Shown here one piece after another: positions 58,603-63,408 of a stretch of 63,408 nucleotides of DNA. A program made the position numbers and the translations under genes. Where the stretch lies: positions 31,468-94,875 of the forward strand of contig DFOX01000002.1 in assembly GCA_002376945.1 (NCBI GenBank), written 5' to 3'. The notes beneath the pieces were generated by a model, which was given only the letters and a program-made list of their open reading frames with translations, did no database searches and was not told where the DNA came from. This DNA is from Patescibacteria group bacterium UBA3530. GTDB taxonomy: Bacteria; Patescibacteriota; Minisyncoccia; Phycocordibacterales; UBA2100. Position 1 is the stretch's first letter, and each line of letters begins with the position of its first letter.

Positions 58603-58905
58603 ATGGCGAAAAATCAAGATAAAAAAGATGAGATAAACCTTACCAAATCTCTGGAAGAACTTAATTCCATTGTTACTTGGTTTGATGAGCAAGAGGACGT
58701 GGATGTAGAAGCTGGTTTAGAAAAAGTACGAGAGGCAGCCAAATTGATTAAAGTATCTAAAAGTAGACTTGCTCAAATTGAAAACGAATTTAAAGAGATT
58801 GAAAAAGAGATTGGAGAAGATATTCCTGAAGAGGCAGATGACGAGGAAGATTCTGGTTCTGAAGAAGATGATGAAGACGAGGAGCCAGACAACACCCCAT
58901 TTTAG
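58603..58905 (+). CDS. xseB: exodeoxyribonuclease VII small subunit with acidic tail
   Basis: LTKSLEELNSIVTWFDEQEDVDVEAGLEKVREAAKLIKVSKSRLAQIENEFKEI matches the XseB helical hairpin. It has an acidic C-terminal tail. Confidence 0.85.
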   Translation: MAKNQDKKDEINLTKSLEELNSIVTWFDEQEDVDVEAGLEKVREAAKLIKVSKSRLAQIENEFKEIEKEIGEDIPEEADDEEDSGSEEDDEDEEPDNTPF

Positions 58906-59163
58906 ATGGCGTAGCTAAGTTTTAAATAAATTGTTTTATCCACACAATCCCTTGGCGGTCCGGTCCGGATTTTGTATCATAAAGATACGAAAAGGCGTAC
59001 GATTTAGATAAAGATAAAAACGATTCTCGATTGGACTGATTGCTTGTCGCTGTGGCGACACATCTTAAGCATCGGTCTTTTTGTTTCCTGACTTCAAAGT
59101 TTCCGGAGGAAACAAAGTGATGTAGATAACGATAAGAAAAAGATACGTAGCGAGTGAACTGAT

Positions 59164-59196
59164 CGGACTAGTGATATCCCTACTGGTCCGCTTTTT
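59164..59196 (+). terminator. terminator-like hairpin + T-run inside a long structured intergenic region
   Basis: cggactagt-gatatccct-actggtccg (9 bp, one G-U) followed by cttttt. Confidence 0.5.
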
Positions 59197-59227
59197 CGTT
59201 TACTAACTAAAGCACTGCCATTATGAA

Positions 59228-59464
59228 ATGGAAACATCTAGAGGTCGGTATACGACCAACAACCTCGCACTTGCTGCAGCTCTCGCGCTATGGCACCCAC
59301 TCACAGAGGTAGAGAAAGGCAGCTCCAAACGGGTCACATTCGTCTTCAAGCGAAGCTCCGCGCTTGATACGGACATTGAGCGGTTCTACAACCGCGAGCT
59401 TTCGGTCGAGCCAAACGAGTACTACCAGCAACTACAGGTCCTCAAAGCGAGGATCTACGAATGA
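59228..59464 (+). CDS. DUF5659-like small protein
   Basis: TTNNLALAAALALWHPLTEVEKGSSKRVTFVFKRSSALDTDIERFYNRELSVEPNEYYQQLQVLKARI resembles the DUF5659 pattern. The segment is higher in GC than the flanks. Confidence 0.45.
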   Translation: METSRGRYTTNNLALAAALALWHPLTEVEKGSSKRVTFVFKRSSALDTDIERFYNRELSVEPNEYYQQLQVLKARIYE

Positions 59465-59670
59465 GTATGCTCCCGGCCGAAGCAATACAGGAGTTTCAAA
59501 CTCTCTACAAAAAGCGCTATGGCACACAGTTGACCGAACGCGAGGCGGTCTTCCGTGCCAACAACCTGATAGATCTCTACAAATTCGCCTGGGAATCTGC
59601 GTCTAAGCGTGCGCAGGAAGATAACGATAAAGATAAAAATGAAGCCGAAGCAACCCAAGCGAACCGGTAA
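59461..59670 (+). CDS. hypothetical protein
   Basis: ORF with a 4-nt overlap (ATGA) with the preceding gene. No family recognised. Confidence 0.4.
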   Translation: MSMLPAEAIQEFQTLYKKRYGTQLTEREAVFRANNLIDLYKFAWESASKRAQEDNDKDKNEAEATQANR

Positions 59671-60145
59671 AGGGTTCTTCAAAGTGCCGCATGGATTCTT
59701 CGACAGTCCAGCAATCATGGAGAAGCTGACACACGCGGAGCAGGGCTTCTTCGTAATTCTCTGCAAACTCTACAATCGTTATGCAGATGAGGACGGATGG
59801 TTCTGGCACACCGATAAGACCTTCACTACAAAAGATGGATCGATGTGCGGATTTGAACAGTACAAATTATCACCGCGCGTATGCAAGAGCGCACGAAAGA
59901 AGCTTGTGGAGATGGGACTTATAGAGACGAGACGCGAAAGGTCCGCCAATGGTGTTCGCTATGGTGGCACTGTTTATCGTCTCACATGCACGCACCTAAT
60001 CGCAAGAACCAAGGGTGCAAAAAGTGCTCTTGGTAGAGAACGGAATGAACCCTTACAAGAGCACCATCCGGACCCCCGAATAAGAGAGTTAAATATTAAG
60101 AAAAAAGAATTAATGAATTCGTTCCGAATGAATCGCAGGAGTTAA
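59639..60145 (+). CDS. winged-helix protein, possible replication/organiser protein of a mobile element
   Basis: FFKVPHGFFDSPAIMEKLTHAEQGFFVILCKLYN...KSARKKLVEMGLIETRRE is a wHTH of the phage/plasmid replisome-organiser type. The assignment is weak. The start is taken at MKPKQPKR. Confidence 0.4.
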   Translation: MKPKQPKRTGKGFFKVPHGFFDSPAIMEKLTHAEQGFFVILCKLYNRYADEDGWFWHTDKTFTTKDGSMCGFEQYKLSPRVCKSARKKLVEMGLIETRRERSANGVRYGGTVYRLTCTHLIARTKGAKSALGRERNEPLQEHHPDPRIRELNIKKKELMNSFRMNRRS

Positions 60146-60171
60146 TTACTCAAAAGTGATAAAATAGGCAC

Positions 60172-60984
60172 ATGACATCCTCAATGGACACAGTAAAGCC
60201 AATTGGATCATTCCTTCAGACTGACGCTGACGGCTTTATTGTGAACACCACATCACCAGAAAAGATACAAAGTGTATGGCTACCAGCAGTTGAGATGGTA
60301 AAAGAAGCGTACCAAAAGCACTTTGGCGAGCATCTACATAGTGTCTACATCAGAGGGTCAGTAGCCAAAGGTGAAGCTATAGACAACATCTCAGATATAG
60401 ATAGCTTTGCGGTCGTTACGCTGCCATATGACGACATCGACACCTCATGGTCAAAGGACTTCGTAAGAGAAATGACCACACAATTTCCGTTCATCGTGGG
60501 AGTTGAAATCGGAGCCATACCGCTTGAAGAACTAGAAGATCACAAAGGTGATCGGATAATGATTAAGACGCAAAGTATTTGTGTGTATGGCGAGAATCTT
60601 GCTGAAACACTTCCTTCGCTAAAGCCCGGAATAGAGACGGCACAGCACATCAAAGGAATCGAGCGAGAAATCAACAAGACAAAAGAGTGGTTACAAGAAG
60701 ATCACACGGATGAAGAAATAAAACGGCGCTGTACTTGGATCATGAAGCGAATCATACGGTCCGGCTTTGAGTTGGTGATGGAGCGATCACAGAAGTACAC
60801 TCGTGATCTCTACCCATGTTACGAGGGATTCTCAGAATACTATCCGGAGAAAAAGGAAGAAATGTACGAAATACTAAAGCTCGCCATTGAGCCGATCTCT
60901 GATAAGAAAAAGATCGTCATGATTCTAGACAACTTGGTAGCTTGGCTCGTCGAAGAAATCTCAAAAGTCTTCAAAAAGAATTAG
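60172..60984 (+). CDS. nucleotidyltransferase-domain protein (AadA/ANT-like architecture)
   Basis: HSVYIRGSVAKGEAIDNISDIDSFAVV (GS...G...SDID Pol-beta-type NTase motif) plus a helical C-terminal domain; 270 aa. Confidence 0.6.
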   Translation: MTSSMDTVKPIGSFLQTDADGFIVNTTSPEKIQSVWLPAVEMVKEAYQKHFGEHLHSVYIRGSVAKGEAIDNISDIDSFAVVTLPYDDIDTSWSKDFVREMTTQFPFIVGVEIGAIPLEELEDHKGDRIMIKTQSICVYGENLAETLPSLKPGIETAQHIKGIEREINKTKEWLQEDHTDEEIKRRCTWIMKRIIRSGFELVMERSQKYTRDLYPCYEGFSEYYPEKKEEMYEILKLAIEPISDKKKIVMILDNLVAWLVEEISKVFKKN

Positions 60985-61025
60985 TCGTGCCCGCACAGTA
61001 GGCACGAAGCAAATTGAAAAACTGT

Positions 61026-61092
61026 ACCAACACTGGACCAAATCTGTACCAAAAATTGCACCAACGCTTCACCAAAACTTCACCAGTTTGGT
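61026..61092 (+). repeat. iteron-like array: six ACCA(A/G) cores in 11-bp phase plus an inverted TTGGT
   Basis: Cores start at 61026, 61037, 61048, 61060, 61071 and 61082 (spacing 11, 11, 12, 11, 11), each in the context CT(G/T)NACCAA. An inverted TTGGT lies at 61088-61092. Confidence 0.8.
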
Positions 61093-61331
61093 TGGGTAAA
61101 ACTTGGGCAAAACGGGGGTGGAAATTAGACACTCAGAACAAATTAATCGCTTAAACAAAAGAGATATCAAGAGAGAAAGAAAAACGATATAATTTCACCA
61201 GGAGTCACAATGCTCAGAAACTGGTGCAATGCAGAAAACGAGCTGGTGCAGACCCCTTAAAAACAGGATTCGTGCCCACAGGAGACGCACGTTTGACTTC
61301 TTCGGGCATTGGGACCAGTGTTGTAAGTAAT

Positions 61332-62438
61332 ATGGAAAATCAACCCACATTCAACAAAAAGATATTAATCGGCGCAGGTATTGCTCTTGCGATTGTTGCA
61401 GTTGGTATTTTCCTAACCTGGGGTCTCTTTGGAGCACCATATAAAAACACGGAGTCACAGCAATTCACCATTCCATTCGGACTTGGTGATCAAATACAAG
61501 AAAAGACAATCGAGGAACTGAAAGAGAAATACTACATCAGAAGCGAACTCGGATTCCGTATCGCACTCGGCAATACAGACATCGAACCCGGCGCATATAA
61601 GATCTCGAAGAGCATGAACGCATGGGAGGTTGCGAGCGTACTCAAGAAGGGTCCGTACATGAAATGGGTTGTCATTCCCGAGGGATTGCGTAAAGAACAG
61701 ATTGCAGAACTCATTGGAGACACACTCAGCTGGACTGGCCAAGAGAAAAGCAGCTGGGTAAACACCTACACCTCAATGACATTCGACGAAGTGGAGGGCG
61801 TGTACTTTCCGGACACCTACCTCATTCCGGTGGATGAGGGACTGGAAGCGGTTGCAGACAGACTCAGATCAAAATTCAACGAAGAGTTCGCACCATATCT
61901 CAATGAAGCAACTGCACAAAATATAAAATGGACGACACTCCTCAAGATTGCATCGCTTGTGCAACGAGAAGCAGCCGGGAAAGAAGACATGCCGCTTATT
62001 GCAGGTATTCTTTGGAACCGACTTTTGAATGATCAGAAACTCGATATAGACGCGACGGTCCAGTATGCACGCGACACACGACTGGCGTACAAAGACGATC
62101 CCTGTGAAGATCCTGACAGCTACGCGCGGAATCCCGAAAACGATCTCTGCTTTAATTCAGAAATGCTCCAACCGAGCGTAGAGTACCGAGGCATAGATGA
62201 TTGGTGGAAACCACTTTCTGCAGGAGACACACAGAACATTGATTCGCTCTACAACACTTACCTCTACAAAGGACTCCCTCCGCACCCGATCGCAAACCCC
62301 GGCAAAGAAGCTATCGAAGCAGTGCTGTATCCGGAAGAAACAAATTGCTTCTACTATCTTCACGACAGTGAAGGCATTATTCATTGCTCCGCAACCTATG
62401 CAGAGCATCAAACTAATATAGATAAATATTTACAATGA
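61332..62438 (+). CDS. mltG: endolytic murein transglycosylase MltG (YceG-like)
   Basis: N-terminal TM, YceG domain (EGVYFPDTYLIP, LKIASLVQREAA, PLIAGILWNRL, DATVQYA, YNTYLYKGLPPHPIANPG). The start is taken at MENQPTF (61332). Confidence 0.9.
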   Translation: MENQPTFNKKILIGAGIALAIVAVGIFLTWGLFGAPYKNTESQQFTIPFGLGDQIQEKTIEELKEKYYIRSELGFRIALGNTDIEPGAYKISKSMNAWEVASVLKKGPYMKWVVIPEGLRKEQIAELIGDTLSWTGQEKSSWVNTYTSMTFDEVEGVYFPDTYLIPVDEGLEAVADRLRSKFNEEFAPYLNEATAQNIKWTTLLKIASLVQREAAGKEDMPLIAGILWNRLLNDQKLDIDATVQYARDTRLAYKDDPCEDPDSYARNPENDLCFNSEMLQPSVEYRGIDDWWKPLSAGDTQNIDSLYNTYLYKGLPPHPIANPGKEAIEAVLYPEETNCFYYLHDSEGIIHCSATYAEHQTNIDKYLQ

Positions 62439-63408
62439 CCAACGAAAGCACCCAATATTTCCTCTACGTTCGTAAATCATCAGAACAGGAAGATCGGCAG
62501 GTGCTCTCGATTGACTCACAGAAATCAGAACTGATCGCTCTCGCCAAGCGCGAGAAACTCGACATCAAAGAAGTACTGGAAGAGTCCTATTCAGCAAAAG
62601 CACCTGGCCGACCCGTCTTCGGCGAAATGATCAAGCGGATAGAGAAAGGAGAAGCAGACGGCATCATCCTGTGGAATCCGAACCGACTCTCACGAAACTC
62701 GGTGGACACCGGACACGTCATCTACCTACTCGACATCGGCAAACTCAAAGAAGTGAAAGTGCCCGGGCAGACATTCTCCAACTCGCCCAATGATAAATTC
62801 TTGCTGAACCTGCTGTGTAGCCAGGCGAAGCTTGAGAACGACACCAAAGGCGTGGACGTAAAGCGCGGACTGAGGCGAAAAGTGGAGATGGGCTGGTATC
62901 CGTGTCCGGCACCGGTGGGCTACCTCAACACGCCCGACCGGTCCAAAGGCATGAAGATCATCAAGAAAGACAAGAAGCGCTTTGACCAGCTGCGCAAGCT
63001 CTTTGAAATGGTCATGCGCAAAGAGTGCAATGCAGTGGAAGCGGCACGCATCGCCAAAGACGAAATGAGTTTCCGCATGAAAAACGGCAAGCCGATGGCA
63101 CGCAGTACCTTTTACCGGCTCCTAACCGATCCGTTTTACTGCGGCATCTTCGAGTACCCGAAAGGAAGCGGTAACTGGCACGAGGGCAAACATCCGGCCA
63201 TGATCACCGAAGAAGAGCATCACCAGATACTTGCCGTGCTCGGACGGAAAGGCATCGCCCGACCACGCCGACACCGCTTCGCATACACCGGCATGATGTT
63301 CTGTGGAGAGTGTGGATGTGGCATCACGGCCGAGGACAAAGAAAAGCACCAGAAGAATGGCAATATCCACTACTACACCTACTACCACTGCACCAAGAAG
63401 CGCGGTCC
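62435..63408 (+). CDS. large serine recombinase (3'-partial, runs off the window)
   Basis: Not in the ORF track because there is no stop. My hand translation gives MTNESTQYFLYVRKSSEQEDRQVLSIDSQ (resolvase catalytic Ser region), ADGIILWNPNRLSRN, a recombinase domain, and a zinc ribbon FCGECGCGIT...YYHCTKK. The ATG overlaps the mltG stop (ATGA). Confidence 0.88.
   Translation, partial: MTNESTQYFLYVRKSSEQEDRQVLSIDSQKSELIALAKREKLDIKEVLEESYSAKAPGRPVFGEMIKRIEKGEADGIILWNPNRLSRNSVDTGHVIYLLDIGKLKEVKVPGQTFSNSPNDKFLLNLLCSQAKLENDTKGVDVKRGLRRKVEMGWYPCPAPVGYLNTPDRSKGMKIIKKDKKRFDQLRKLFEMVMRKECNAVEAARIAKDEMSFRMKNGKPMARSTFYRLLTDPFYCGIFEYPKGSGNWHEGKHPAMITEEEHHQILAVLGRKGIARPRRHRFAYTGMMFCGECGCGITAEDKEKHQKNGNIHYYTYYHCTKKRG

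Larger units (their letters stand above)
59228..63408 (+). mobile_element. candidate integrated mobile element (left part), boundaries not defined
   Basis: Visibly higher GC than the adjacent defence island. It contains phage/plasmid-type small genes, an iteron array and a large serine recombinase at the window edge. Confidence 0.4.

Noticed and set aside
59006-59639. Shared 14-mer GATAAAGATAAAAA (59007-59020 and 59626-59639) as att-like direct repeats
   Set aside because: In AT-rich sequence, several chance 14-mer matches are expected in a 63-kb window. The motif is low-complexity. It is kept only as a note within the intergenic-region finding.
48878-61010. 11-mer aggcacgaagc shared between 48.88 kb and 61.00 kb as possible island boundaries
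   Set aside because: Hundreds of chance 11-mer matches are expected at this window size.
1-63408. Searched by eye for rRNA, tRNA (T-loop GGTTCGAATCC-type motifs in all intergenic regions over 100 bp), tmRNA/SRP-like motifs and CRISPR repeat-spacer periodicity
   Set aside because: I found none. The only structured RNA element I can support is the T-box leader at 2590-2752. A proper tRNAscan-SE, Infernal or minced run would be needed to be definitive.
1-63408. Alternative genetic code (UGA recoded, as in some CPR lineages)
   Set aside because: Conserved genes end at TGA at the expected length (for example mltG at 62438 and abiEii at 51885). All housekeeping ORFs are intact under code 11.

Overview
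This is a compact 63.4-kb chromosomal segment that uses the standard genetic code (TGA serves as a stop). Many genes have tiny or overlapping spacers. The protein architectures include short RpoB, RpoC and DnaE, an editing-less ThrRS, a hinge-less SMC and ribosomal proteins with charged tails. These suggest a small-genome uncultivated bacterium of the CPR/Patescibacteria type; this is inference only. I found no rRNA, tRNA or CRISPR array. All Pfam/DUF names are from memory and need an HMM search.

The window falls into four blocks:

(1) 1-37 kb: housekeeping information-processing genes. These are thrS with a T-box leader, dnaE, rnhB, rpmF, a nusB-Nudix fusion, rnc, smc, rnr, rpsP-KH-trmD, rpoBC, dnaG, rpoD, a UvrD-nuclease fusion, uppP, hisS, ung and csp. 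A small accessory patch carries a SET-domain protein, CFA synthase, a duplicated zinc ribbon and a Usg-like protein.

(2) 37.0-48.4 kb: an envelope copper and thiol-redox island of about 17 genes. A textbook CsoR operator sits inside the csoR promoter. The genes include a CPH-type P1B ATPase, CcdA/thioredoxin/DsbA, rhodanese-DUF1573 proteins, a Met-rich protein, Cys-less cupredoxins, and two paralogous membrane proteins with an intramembrane GCxxCG motif that I cannot place.

(3) 48.4-58.9 kb: a visibly AT-rich defence island.
- An unrecognisable two-gene cassette (a 324-aa soluble protein plus a 4-TM protein) is transcribed divergently from a long operon.
- That operon runs AbiEi/AbiEii, an M.EcoRI-like methyltransferase, DUF262-HNH and SIR2-HerA, and is translationally coupled to xseAB.
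- Twin palindromic operators lie between the two units.

(4) 59.2-63.4 kb: a higher-GC mobile-looking module. It carries a DUF5659-like protein, a Rep-like wHTH protein, an AadA-like nucleotidyltransferase, an 11-bp-phased ACCAA iteron array and mltG. A large serine recombinase starts on the mltG stop codon and runs off the window.

One theme recurs across the window: -10 boxes lie 6-11 nt upstream of ATGs that lack a Shine-Dalgarno sequence, which suggests leaderless mRNAs.
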